Positions 12,615 through 25,400 of a stretch of 64,000 nucleotides of DNA are shown piece by piece; position 1 is the stretch's first letter; every line of letters starts with the position of its first letter. A program made the position numbers and the translations under genes. The stretch spans positions 56,251 through 120,250 of the forward strand of contig NMRA01000443.1 in the NCBI GenBank assembly GCA_002633005.1, written 5' to 3'. The DNA is from Phoronis australis. Lineage: Eukaryota > Animalia > Phoronida. Below the pieces are notes generated by a model. It had not been told where the DNA came from and searched no databases. It saw only the letters and a list, made by a program, of their open reading frames with translations.

Positions 12615-15600
12615 TCCTAGACTCGCATCTCACTTTTAGGAAAGAAATTTGGCAAAAAATGGGAAACACTGGGCGTAATATCATAGTGTCGCCATTTTGT
12701 CTTATGAGAAGAGAGTTCTTCCTGTCGATAATCCCAAAGTTCAAGCAATTTTAATTTGACCAGTTAGCTCTGCCTATTAGTGTTTGCAACCGCTCAGTAA
12801 ATGCAACCGTTTACAATCCGGCTGACCGATCGAGTCAAATCAATGCCACTTATCTCCGGAACCCTTCTTATTCAAATTATAAAAGTATTTTGCACAAGAA
12901 AAGAAAGAAGTGACAGGCGCTGTATAAACCGACAAATATGCACATCCGGGGAAGTAGAAACGAAAAGAAATGTCTGATTCATACTATTTTATGGTTCCAT
13001 CTTCAGTCAAAATCACCATCACAGTTGTGAAACTTTCTAGTTACATCATACCAATAATGCATTGTTTTAATGGTAAGAGTTTATCAGAACATTGCGAAAT
13101 CTACAGCAACACGAATATTCATTGACCGGAGACCTCTATAAGCTTTTGAAAAAAACGGCTTGTCTCCGCCGCGTGAACTGGACCAACAGTAAGAAAATCG
13201 CTGGCTGAAATGTTTACTACACGTAGTATGAAACAACAATGGTTCTAAATTTATACACGCAGATAACTTAAAAGATAATATTTCCACAACAATTGAGAAC
13301 AGAAACCTAAGTATAACAATTCTCCAAAGGTTATGAAAATTACAATAGGTGTGATTGGCGAATTTTTGGCTTCGTTGAACACTTGTAACTTTAAGAATGC
13401 GCTTTATTCTACCAATGTAGGACGCTGTATTTCCTGAAAAGATTGTTGTAGTATACACAGTAAAGTAAATAAATAGTCAAAGTCCAAAAGACAAAAGAAA
13501 ACGGGCCAAAAAACTAATTTGATTCATTTAATGAGAACTCTTTGTTTAGGTACTTTATCTGAGAAATTAAGCAAAGAATTCTGACTCGGTCACGAGTAAA
13601 GAAAATAAATACCTACTCTTTTCTTTTAGTAAAAGTCTGTAAGATTTATTTCAGTCACACCTTTATTGTTTTAAGCATGTTTATTTTCAATAGTAATTTC
13701 GGGTTGGCAATACAGTCAATGCACTTACCGCTGCTTCGCTTTTGATACCAACTTGACAACAAGAAAAAAAGAAAATAAAGTCAAAAAAATTCTTTCGTGG
13801 ATATATCTTGTGACAAGAAACACTGTGTTAGTGTCCGGTTGTATGGAACAGTTCAAACAGAAAATCAGCTACGGTCTCATAACTTTCACTGTATTTGAGG
13901 GCAAGTGCTTCATCTACCATGTTATCTTCATTGCTACGTTTAGTTTGAGCATTCATACATAATAGTAACACGACTAAACTCTACTTACATTGAATTCCAC
14001 GAGAGCAACAAAAAGGGTCGACTCTAGGGTCACTGACTCAGATCTTGAAGAAACATTGTGTGTTCATACATCCTGGTGAGATATGCTCAAAACGTTTATT
14101 TCATATTTGTGGGCCAGTCTTTTTAGTATGAGCATCATGAATATTTTGGCCCAACTTTTTGGTTCAAAAAGGCTCAGTTAGTTAAGTAGTTTAGTTTAAA
14201 ACGGTTTAAGAGAACGGGAAAGAAAAAAATCTTTATACTGTTTATGATCCTCTCTGCCAAAAGACAGTCGTTGCATTTTCAAAGACGCTTTCGTTAACCT
14301 TCGTTGGAGTGCCAGCATTCGGTAAATTTTGCACAATTATTTGTATTTGATTTTTAATCATATTTGAAGCGCTCTTAACCAATTTACGGGTGCTGGTGAT
14401 TTCAAATAATATTTTCCATCCGTTTGCTGTCTGACTAAGAAAATAAAAATGGGCTATTTGTTTGTTTCCAAACAAGTTAACTTACAGCGAAATTATGTAA
14501 CCCCTCCCCGTTTTGGCGCTCAATCTTACTTCTGGTTTCACGTACAATGACAATAACCTGTAAGGCTAATATGGCTTCGGGATATGATGAGCACGTTGAA
14601 CTAATTCAGAAATTATCAACGACAAAATCCGCACAGTGACGCAGAGGTGTCTTGAGATCTCCGGAAGTGGGGTACATAAGAGATGACCATAAGGAAATTG
14701 TCGCCAGGAGGAAGGTTTTGTCATGGCCAGATACCTACGAAAGAATACCTTTTTCTAGGAAAGGAACTCTACAAAAAAAATTTCCATTGTAGTGCATACG
14801 GAAACGCCTCATTACCATAGGTAATTCCAGACAAAAGTGTGTTTGGTGTGGTCACTGGAGTCGCGCGGATGAGTGTTGTGCGTTTTGAAGAGTTCTCCCT
14901 TTCTACTTTTATATATTGGCTTCCGCGACAGATTTGCTATTTTGCAGAGCTACATAACATAGTTTATAGACCTGTTTACCACAGTGTGGTTTGTAAAATT
15001 AATTACCTCATTCAGTGCACTTTTTTTCTCTTTAAGTCAACGACCATAGGTATCAAAATGAGTGGGGTAAAGCTTGCAGAAGTCACTCGTTATCAATTTG
15101 AACCCTGGAAAATCCCCTACCTTAAGCAAAACAACGTTATTAATAACTTGGTGACACATTTTTCATGGTACATTTATGTCGATAAAAGGTAACACACGAC
15201 TTTGATTAGAGTCTGCCGCGTTCATTGTCCTCAGTGATAAACACTGTCTGTTTGGTGTTTTGTGGTTATTGACTCCAATTAAGACTAGTCATCCAACAAT
15301 ACTGGTTCAAGTGATAACCCAATTTTCAACTTTTACTGTAATTGTGCTTATAGTTTAAATTTCTCACCATGGCACTTTGTGCTCGTGTGTCTCCATACTG
15401 AAAGTCGTTTCAAAGACATATTATCAACAAAGTTGAATTAGAAAAGAATCATCCTCTGTTCTATTCAGTGCGTGTGCGTCCCCTTAATCCCGGCCAGGTT
15501 GAATGTAACCCCTTTCTATTAAACTGTTCCAGTCAATAGACAAAAGGTCACATGTCTAGATGATGACGTAACTTTCAGTGGGCGCATGAATTAAAAATGG

Positions 15601-16388
15601 CGAAAGCTATCAGGAGTGATTGTCGAAAATATAGAACCACTGCTGAATATTGCGAGCGAGACTACGTAAACCGATCCATCCCTAATATCGTTTGCTTCAC
15701 TGGGCATTGCACCTATCAAAGGTAAGATATTGAACTGCAAAAATTATGCACCTATTCCGGCATGTCGTCGAATGAGGCAGGCTGCGTCCAAGTGTGTTCC
15801 AGATGTGATGGCCCAGATGGGACAATGATACTGCCTAGGTGCAGGTGAACCAATTCACCAGAGACAAAATGGTTACAAGCCGTCCAAGGACTCGGCAAGT
15901 TGCCATCTGAAGTAAAAGTTTCTAGATATCTGTCGTGTCAACCCGTGTACAAAGAATCAAAATCAATATCTTTTATCCTTACTCACATGATCTCATTAGC
16001 ACTAATTTCTTTGGGAATATTTGAAAATAATACATTTGACATTTATAAGTTATAATTATGCGTATCTTACTGCAGACACTGTGGGCACTTCGATAACACG
16101 AATTACCAAACTTAATGATTTTTTTTTACAATTTGACGGAAGACTTTTGTGCAGTTGTCATTTTGGGTCAGTGTGATTTTTATCAAATATATGAATCCAA
16201 AGCCCAGAATGGGTCTTGCTATCAGCTTGTGATCTTTTGATCAAGGTTCTCTTTATTGATTCTAATTAACATCTGACTATCAAAAAGTCCCAGCCAACAA
16301 GATAACCTAGTTTTTCGAATGGCACTCTGTCAAGGCACCTTGTTTTCCGATACCTAATCATTTTGGCATTGTTTCACTGAGGTTTGTG

Positions 16389-18645
16389 TATGGTAGGCCC
16401 AAAAGGACAGAAAATTGCTACTATCGGACACTCAGTTCAAGGAAACTAACTCATTCCTACGATGCTGCAAATCCAATACTATTTCGTGAATCCGACGTCA
16501 ACTCAACTGCTTTATTTCGTCTATTTTAAGCCATTTCGTGAGTGGTGTCAACACAACAACTTCATTTTATCTAATTTATCTTTTTATCGCAAACACAATG
16601 CTACTTCGTAAATTCAATCGTGTTTTATAAATAGAGAATCCCAAGCCTCGGGAATTTGACGAATTTCCCAAGAGGTTTTGCCCATGTCATCAACTTGAGT
16701 CGATTGTAGGATTTTTTTTCTCACATGAACTGTAAAAACGATCTTTATTGCGTGTATAAAACTTTCAACCGCATGACGCAACTTTTGTAAAAATACGCTT
16801 GCGCAGTGTAAAGTAAACTCAGTTACTTTTTGTTAATAGTTTTATTTTAAACTTAACTATTGTAACTTTCGTAACAAATGCTCAAGTTAGAATCTAATAA
16901 ATAGTCTTTGAAGTTGCAAATGTTTATAAATAACAGTCAGTAGGACTTCCCCGCGCGTGAGTACTGAATTGACATTGAGAGAGCACAGCTAGGCAGTCTC
17001 ACCGCGTATCTTGAGTCGGGGTTTGTCTCCGTTTGAATGAACGTGGATATGGAATTCGCTACCGAAGATGGGTATGCTTAAGTTGTTTGCATGTCCTTCC
17101 TACTGGGAGTACGGACAGTTGCGACACTCGATTTGTCAATCATAAACTTGTCTCGTTCACGGAATTTCGGCATTGTTTAGTTGTTGATATTAGTGTTTAG
17201 CAGCCAATAACGTAAGATGTATGGATTTCTACTTTACCAGTCGTGTCGTAACACATTCCAGGTCATGTGACCGGAAAGTCCATTCTGTTGCATCTAAGAC
17301 ATTTCGCATATTCATACCTGTTCAGCCGATTCCGTTCTGTCACTCCAACTGCGTTCCGTTGGTGCAATGTCGGCTAATCAGTTTCGTCAACTCAATCGTG
17401 TTTCGTCGATTCAGTTTCATCAATGCTGTTGGCTGTTTAGTGACCAAACTAAAATCTTTCAACAGAGGGCGGAGTCTGTCACTTCTAACTTGGTAAATGG
17501 CGGATATGAGTGTGCCGTATACAAACGCTACCCAGTCTTTAATAACTTTTTAGTTATACTCGCGACGCGGTGAGCCGGTCCAGCGGGATTGAACTACCCG
17601 TGGTTTAAGACTTAACCGTTGAGTTGAGTTCTCTCAAACATGCGGTATGAACTCAAGGTTTAATTTTTTATCCCATACGCGTTGAATCTTTCGAGGGAAA
17701 TACGGTCATGTAATAAAGTTTTCCGTATTCACCTCCCGCACTACTTCAACAGTGACCTCTGACGTGGGAAGTTCAAAAGGTAGGTCAATGTGGACTCGAC
17801 GTCGTCCGCCGGTTCGATCACCAAACTTTCGGAAAATAGTTTAAAGTAATGCAATTATAGCAGTGTCAATAACGCTTAACATCAGGTCTAAATCGTAACA
17901 TCTGGAGCAGGACTGTTAATTATATAACAGGTCTGTCTCAGTTTTCATTTGCTAAATATTTTATCGTCTGCAACTCAGGCGCCGATTCATCGATAACTGC
18001 AATATCAAATATTGTTGTTATTTAACTATTTTCAGGAGATGTTACAAGTTCAATGAAGAGTTACCCTTGTTTTCATAAATCGTCACATATAAAACTGTTT
18101 CTTTTTTAGAGAAAACTTGCAGTCTAACGCACATGTACATACATAAAGCATGTGATCCGCCACGTGAACAGCCCCAGTGAAGTACTCAAAAAATCTGCGG
18201 ATAAAATGAAAGAAACTTAGGAATTCGAAGCGTGTGAGATAAATACAAAACGTACCTCGATTGACCGAGTTTGCTTTGTTGCCGTCAGGGTTGTCGAAAA
18301 ATAATCTGCGAAACATGATTGAGATGACAAAATACGATTGAGTTAACGAAGCAAGAATGAGTTGACGAAACTGATCAACCGACATTGCTTCAACGAAAAG
18401 CAGTTGAAATGACAGAACGGAATCGACTGAAGTGGTTTGACGAAACAGAGGTGACTTTATAAAACCCGACTGACTTTTCGAAGTAGCATTGTGTTTGCGA
18501 TAAAGGATAAAATAAATAAAATGAAGTTGTTGAGTTGACGTTGGATTTACGAAATAGTATTGGATTTGCAGCATCAATAGATTGAGTTTATTTTCTTGAA
18601 ATGAGTTTCCGATAGTAACAATTTTTGTCCTTTTGGCTCCCCATA
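16389..18645. mobile_element. Non-autonomous long-TIR (foldback-like) DNA element, left arm interrupted
   Basis: 16389-16632 is the diverged reverse complement of ~18455-18645, and 17321-17400 is the reverse complement of ~18335-18430. TA occurs at both outer ends. No transposase ORF. Confidence 0.7.
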
Positions 18646-19080
18646 TTGATTTTTCAGACCGGTGTCAGTAATAGTGTCTAGTCCATAATAAAGACGAATA
18701 GCTAGCATAAAAAGTAGTACTGTGGATGTATATCACACAAATTTTGCCATAGCAAAATGCATTCATTATCTGTGTGCATCGCTCAATTCAGACAGATGTT
18801 AATTGATTTCTGAGCTCGATCGTGATTTATGATGAAACAAATGAAAGGATTTTATTATTTTTAGCGCCGTTCTTAAGGTAAAAGGTAATAGGGGGATGGA
18901 AAAATTCATTCCTGAATCTCCAAAACAATTATCTACGAGTGTCGCGTCGCGACAGCAATTAATACTTTTTATCAAACAAGATTGTCATGCTTTTACAGGT
19001 CATATAGTAAATAGCAGGGTCAAAGTCACGTGCAGTATGGGGGAGCACACAAGAGATTTATCCATCGTTAAAGTCCGTTA

Positions 19081-19944
19081 GGGGAGACCAGGGTAAGTTG
19101 AGCCACACGGATAGTCGAGCCACCCCCTCTAAGTAAGAGAAACGTTAGATATAAACAGATGATGCCATCTATGGGTCAGTAGGTGGCACAACTAGCCATG
19201 AGGACGTTTGCTAGTAGGCACTGCAAATTGGTGTGCTCAGCGTTTGTTCGAAATTCTCGGTTTTTGTTCATATGCTAATATAAGGTATGTACCCTTTTTC
19301 TATGATCACCGTAATGTTTATTTCGATAAGGAGCCCGGTTTTGGCACACCTAACTCCAGTACAATTTATATCCCAATGAGGTTTTCTAAATCATTGCGCC
19401 ATTTTTGAAAATACATTTTGAAAACAAAAGTGTCTAAATTAAGGGGTGGGGTGAGCCAATTGGTATAGGACGACATGAGCCATGTCCGATTTTGCTCTCT
19501 CGTGTGCTACTTACGTAACTTACATAGGCCCTACAATTCAGACTGTATTTGACAAATAAATAGTTGTTCCTTGTTGTAATAAAATATGATTGATCAATGA
19601 CACGCCGCAAGCATTATTTAAACACAAGAATAAAATGTATGAAGACCAAAGCCACAGAGCATTTTTGCTATAGAACTGCTCTTTAAGACTCATGCATGAT
19701 ATGTGAAGTTGTAGGAGACCGTGAGCTCAATGCTTGTCGGGGTCCTTAACTATCTTCCACATGCAGGTGAGCTGAGCCGCTCGATAAAGATTTACCACAA
19801 CAGATGGAGATAGAGAGCGAATTTTGACTCCAATTGACTTTATCACCTTGTAGGTCAGTGATTAGTTTTCATTATCGTTATAAGATCCGTACGCTTTATT
19901 CACAACTTGCCGTGAAAAGGGGCTCAACTCTCCCCTGTCTCCCC
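19081..19944. mobile_element. Tc1/mariner-pogo-like non-autonomous element (864 bp)
   Basis: TIRs GGGGAGACCAGGGTAAGTTGAGCC ... GGCTCAACTCTCCCCTGTCTCCCC, flanked by TA on both sides. Confidence 0.8.
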
Positions 19945-21580
19945 TACGTTAGGTACGTTTGTTATGGAATAGTCATCTGCTCAGTGCAGTTTGATTTCAT
20001 CATATTTCAGTATAAAAATAAGTATGGTATACACTCAGTATTGGAATGTTGTACGTGTCTGGACAATTAAATTTAAATTGTTGGATGATGATTTCACAGA
20101 AACTGGTAAATGGAAAGTTTTTTCCCACAGCTTTTCGCAAATCCTGAAATTTTCTAGTAATGTTTGCCCTCTGAATGTGCACAAGCCATGAAGCTTTTTA
20201 ATTTTTTTGAGATTTGTGGCATATTCGTCATTCAAGTCTGGTATTGGCTGGAAATGGACGTTCTTTGTTTTCATTGGGGGGTTGCATACTGTTGCAGGAT
20301 GATCGACATCCCGCAATGCATTGTAAGGTGGCCTCAATCCTTAAAAAGGTCCATGTGGTGAATGGGAAACCGTCTCGCCAAATTATGGTTGACGGAACAG
20401 CAAATACGTGACACACTGAACTGTCAACTGCCAGGCCCTGTATCCGCCATACGCGGCGCTAGGCGATAGTGTGCCTCGCATGGGAACATGTTGTTATATT
20501 CCTTCGTCAGCTTGAAGGACGTAAGAGTCGCATGACCTGTTGCCAAACAAAGGACACAGTAACCACTTCACAGGGATCATTCCGCTCGATCATGTATCTG
20601 AAAGCTAGTTCAGTAGCACTACTCATTTGCAAATGGCATCATGTGTTATTCTTGAAATATACGACAATATTTGCGTGACCTCGCTAAACTTGTAAAGGAA
20701 CGAGCTTCAAGTTCCAGTTATCGTGATGCTTCCATCAATGTGTTGCATTTATAATGGAGACAACAGTTTATCATTTAATTGTTAATCATTGCTCATTCTT
20801 TGTGTGAAACTCCAAATTTCTAGTCTACATTACATGCTTATGAAATGAATGCTGTTTAAAGAACTTCAAAATATCGTTTGTCGCAGCAAACTACTTAATT
20901 GAAAACAACACATTTTATCAGTTTTGTTTCGCTCACCCTTGTACACTCAAAAGAAGCCTACTATAAGCGTGTATCCGGGACTAGACGTAAAAGGATGCCC
21001 ATAGACTTTGGACACAATATTATCATACTGTCTACCTCACAGACAAGAAACCGGGGCGATAACCAAACAACTGATCTCATTCACACTGAGGGCAAGGACA
21101 AGGCTACTAACTACAGCCCGTTGACCAAAACCTGAGATTATCAAATTGATCACATGAACTTTGCGTTCGTTCACTGTCCGATAATCAGTCGACTACGTTA
21201 GAATTATTATCGTTTTGGAGGACAACCATATGATTGAAAGAATTCAAAAAGAACATTTTGTAGGAAATTTTAGCCAAAATACATGTACATCAAGAGATCC
21301 CTCGCTTTTTTGCGAATTATACCATCTTCACGAGAGAATCGAGGATTTGGGATTGACTCCTTAGTGAAATGATTCCCATCCGATACCCGTACACGTTATA
21401 ATGTTAAAAGGTCCGGCTCAAAGCAGAATCAAGGCTTGTATTTTATACTTGCTTTGCAGATATAATGTTGTCAATTTATGCACGCGTTTTTATTATATGA
21501 AATTATAGATCTTGTACCGGCGTGGAATACAGATAGCAAACATTTTAGTCAGATCTGCACGCCACCTATTGCCCACATCA

Positions 21581-21740
21581 CGTGACCTAATGCTCAGTGG
21601 ACGGGCGTCTGCAGGGTTCTCAATAGAAGGTCCAAGTTCAAGTCCCGGTCGGGGTAAAAATCCGTTCCACTGAGATTTATATTCATTCGGACACGTGGTG
21701 ATGCCTAATGTCGTGAAGTAAAGACTTAAAAAATATGGGC
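21581..21740 (+). mobile_element. tRNA-derived SINE-like element
   Basis: A-box-like TGCTCAGTGG (21591) and B-box-like GTTCAAGTCC (~21636) at tRNA spacing. No clean cloverleaf. The 3' boundary is approximate. Confidence 0.5.
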
Positions 21741-21937
21741 ACACTTTTTTCCTATTTACATGTTTATTTATATACGAAAAAAGCTATATTTATATAATGG
21801 TCTTATCCAAACTTTCTTTAAGTTCACTCGATAATGAATTTTGATTCAGGTTCAATATCTCAAACCCTAAGTCCAATAGATGTCGATTTCGATACAGGCT
21901 GATGAAACGAGATCTGTTTCAACTCTATAGCACTCAC

Positions 21938-22031
21938 CTTCTTTCGGGCCTGATTTAGCGATGCTGCTTTGGAACAGGATTCCAATAAGTGAAACTAAGA
22001 CCAAAATCAACGATGATGCTTCAAGGTCCAT
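21938..22031 (-). pseudogene. Signal-peptide exon of a possibly decayed secreted-protein gene, divergent from the SOD-like gene
   Basis: MDLEASSLILVLVSLIGILFQSSIAKSGPKE followed by a consensus donor AAG|GTGAGT. Candidate downstream exons (~21300-21400, 20035-20597) contain stops or frameshifts. Confidence 0.35.
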
Positions 22032-22403
22032 TTCCTTGTTGTCAACCTCGTTACCCCTCAAAACCCTTTACTGTAACACCAACCATTAACAAAGTTATCC
22101 AGAAATTGAGTCATTACATCTGAGTATAAGAATAATTTTCAACAGGTTGTTCTCCGATATAATCTCGTCACAGGTGTTGACCTACAGATAAAGAAATACA
22201 CTTTTAATTACACTCAAAGAATTACCAATATGCTTTTGGTATTTCATGGAGAAAGTGTCAAAAATTGATATGCAAAATATTAGAATGGCAAACTGAATAC
22301 ACGTAATATACTACAAAATTTGTTGATTGCATGAACCTCCCGGCAGAGGTGCTATTTCGTCAGGAAATCAGTGGGTCGTCCGCTAAGGCCCCGATTAACG
22401 TTG

Positions 22404-22466
22404 CCAATCTTTTTCTGACCTTGCGATTGCGTATAAAACGGGGGCTCCGACCAAATCCGCATCATT
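22404..22466 (+). promoter_or_regulatory. Core promoter of the SOD-like gene (CCAAT, TATA, Inr-like)
   Basis: CCAAT at 22404, TATAAAA at 22432-22438, and TCATT ~30 bp downstream (22462). The ATG is at 22495. Confidence 0.6.
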
Positions 22467-22494
22467 TTGGGCACCTGGGCTCGCAGACGACAGG

Positions 22495-25400
22495 ATGGGA
22501 AGCAAGTGTCTTGTATTTTTGGTCCTGGCGGTGGCCTTGACGTTAGGCGTAGAAGGTGAGTAATGAAGATTAAGCAAGGTTTGGGATCAAATGTTCTCGC
22601 ACAATTTAGCTGGCTAAAAAGGAACATTGAACCGTGCCGTTTATTCTCATACAATCGGTGTCCTCACAGTGGCAAGATTCTGTTTTCGTAACATCGTAAC
22701 CACCCATCGAATCAAAAAGACTCTTCAGAGTTTATTGCAGTTGGCGTAAACCCTGCCGTATGTAATGAGCTATGACTATGTTGATAGCGGAAAGCATGAC
22801 GAATCCTATCACGGCAGGAAAATTACGGGTCGCGGAGTAAAAGGTCATTCTCGATTTTTGTCAGTGTTTTAGCCAGTTACCAGGGCACCGTGCTGCTTTA
22901 CAGCTGTGTAACTATGAAAATAGAAAGTTTCAGTCAAAATCGAAGTTTATCGTGGCGTGATTTCGAGGTGGGCATGGTCTACATTATTTCAAAAATTCTA
23001 CGTTTTCTCAATGCATTAATATCTTTAAAAACAACAGAGGATTTAGCTAAAAATGTAAACATTCGTAGTAAGCGTGATAAACCTACTCAAGATATTAACA
23101 AATAAACCACTTTCTGCCAAAATGCTGTTTTTTATTTCCGTTTTACCCCTGTTATATAAAGTATACACCGTTTTACCCCTGTTATATAAAGTATATACCA
23201 TTTGTTCATTTTTTCTGAGCTTGGAAAGAATTGTCAGTTAGTTACCGCTTAAGAGCGAAAAAAATGTTTTCCCGGACCTTGCTTTTGAACTGAATGCAAC
23301 GTATCGTCGGCCACTACCGAATTTTTTAAAGTTCTGAAATACCTAGTGTGATTCTCCCTTGAGGCAAACGGTGCGAAGCTTTGGACAATAACTTCCGGCC
23401 CAACGTATGTGGTAGGTTGAATCTTTGACCACAGGTTCTACTGAAGGTCTAAAGTTCGTATCGTATTTTGTCACTGAATGGGTGGTAGGTTCCGCATTAA
23501 AGCCCGAAGTTTATCATAGATTCGAGCAAATGGAAAAATATCTATCCAGTACCAAATGCCAGCTTGCCGACAAAGCGATCACCAGCGTGACACTTCCTTG
23601 GCTGACACATGTACAAATTTAGGCTCTCAGATGCGCACGCATCGGTTTTCGCTATCCGTAAAAATTCTGTTACAACAGTTGACGTCATACTAACAAGGCC
23701 TTGTCCACTCGCTTGCGCTTTCAATTTGAAAATGAACTTTTCCTTCGTGGTCCCTTCGCATTTTCAATTTGTTTGTCTACACGAATACAAAAATACGCAT
23801 TTCATCCTGAGTTCTGAAGTTTTCCGTCCTCACGAGGTCGCTAATACGGCTATGAGTTTTCGTCGTCCGCGTGTGNCCCCCCCCCATTTCACGAAGTGGG
23901 TAAAAAAGTTCGCATCAGGGAAACAATAAGTCCGAGGAAACGAGACAAAAGTCCACTAAAAAGGCGCAGACGCACGATTCACAGATTTGAAGGTGGTGCC
24001 CCGTTTTTTTAGTCCTCCCGCTTTTTGTTAGCAGAAGGTCCACTTTGTCAGAGATTCGAGGCCCCCCCATATTGAAGGCTGGATGAGCGCATACTCCGTT
24101 TTCGTTCTTTCAGACGTTTACATAGAATATTGTGTTAAGAATATTACGAAGAACGTTTTGGTTTTCATTTTCATTGGACACATGCCAACGACTACAGAGA
24201 AAAGCCAAAGCACTAAACCGCTATTTATATGGTAATTTCCATTTGCATTTGATTCTCTCCGTCTGTTTAATGCGTATCAGTCGGCTAAGGCATCTGATTG
24301 GTTTGAAAATTCAAAGTCATCAACGAAAACCAATGAGATGTCTTAGCCGGTCGACCCGGAGGAACTGTAATAGAGAATCAAGTCTGCCCTCTGTTGTCCT
24401 TTAAAACCACGACAGCACAGCTGAAGTATGCACCATCGCCTGTGGTTATACAATAACTTTGATCTTTTGAACAGGTAGACCTAAGCATTCGATATGGAAC
24501 TTCTTTGGCTATCAGGCTGATGCTCCCGCCGAAGCAAACGGACCCGCCAAGGTTGGAGTCACCTTTAAAATGGATAAGTTTAGGGTGCTAAAAATGTTAT
24601 CGAAATAAGTGCACAGTATAGGTCTTATTCACGCAGTCGCCATGTTAGTAGCGAGCCTCTTTTTAGGTTAAAAACAATGCATTTGAGACTTACCTAAAAA
24701 GATATTCACTTTTAAAATGGCGACTGCGTGAATGCGTGTATATTTTGTTTTCCTTCGTCCCATGCTTAGTCGCTTCTCTGGGTTTGAAATATTAATGTAC
24801 ATTTTTGTTTTTTGTATGCACTCAACTTTGTTGTAGAATTATTTCGTTTGCACTTATTCTTTTTCCACATTGTAAACAAAGTGTGAGTCTCACACAGAGT
24901 GTAAGGTCAGTCACAGAAGGTAAAATAACATTTACTTTATTCTTAGCCTCACAACGTAGTCTGGCATTAAAGAACCTCAAAGTGAAATTAAACTTGCCAC
25001 CACGATTAATTAAGCCTCCCGTTCAGTAAAGCTAGGACCTGGCAAGACTCCGCGAGATTACGTGATATTGCCGTGTATTTTAAATGAGAACACGTGACTT
25101 TGACTAGGTTTTAGCTAGGTCTTAGCGTTACTGAACGCACGCCAGGTGTCATTTGACTATTAATGCTACTTACCTTCACCCCAATGTTTAGAGTAATGAA
25201 GAGGGCGCCCTGGATGGATACCAAACAAACCCTTACGCCAGGTTCTTCGGTCCCATTCGAGAAAGCGAAAACGAATATTTCAAGAAAGCTATTCGTCACT
25301 TCTGGAGTGACCATGAGGGTCATCATGGAGGTACAGACGATTCACTTACAATTATCGTGGAGTGACAAGTGTCAACAGTGTTTGAATGAAAAACCACGTG

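Noticed and set aside
15597-15721. ATG-initiated short exon MAKAIRSDCRKYRTTAEYCERD... with an AAG|GTAAGA donor
   Set aside because: No recognisable domain or compatible downstream exon; may be a transposon remnant.
20590-20597. In-frame TGA as selenocysteine in the divergent gene
   Set aside because: TAA stops follow in the same frame and I see no SECIS; decay is the simpler explanation.
21581-21660. Functional tRNA gene (also ~6290 and ~61560)
   Set aside because: Only A/B-box-like motifs are present and the stems do not close into a cloverleaf; treated as SINE heads.
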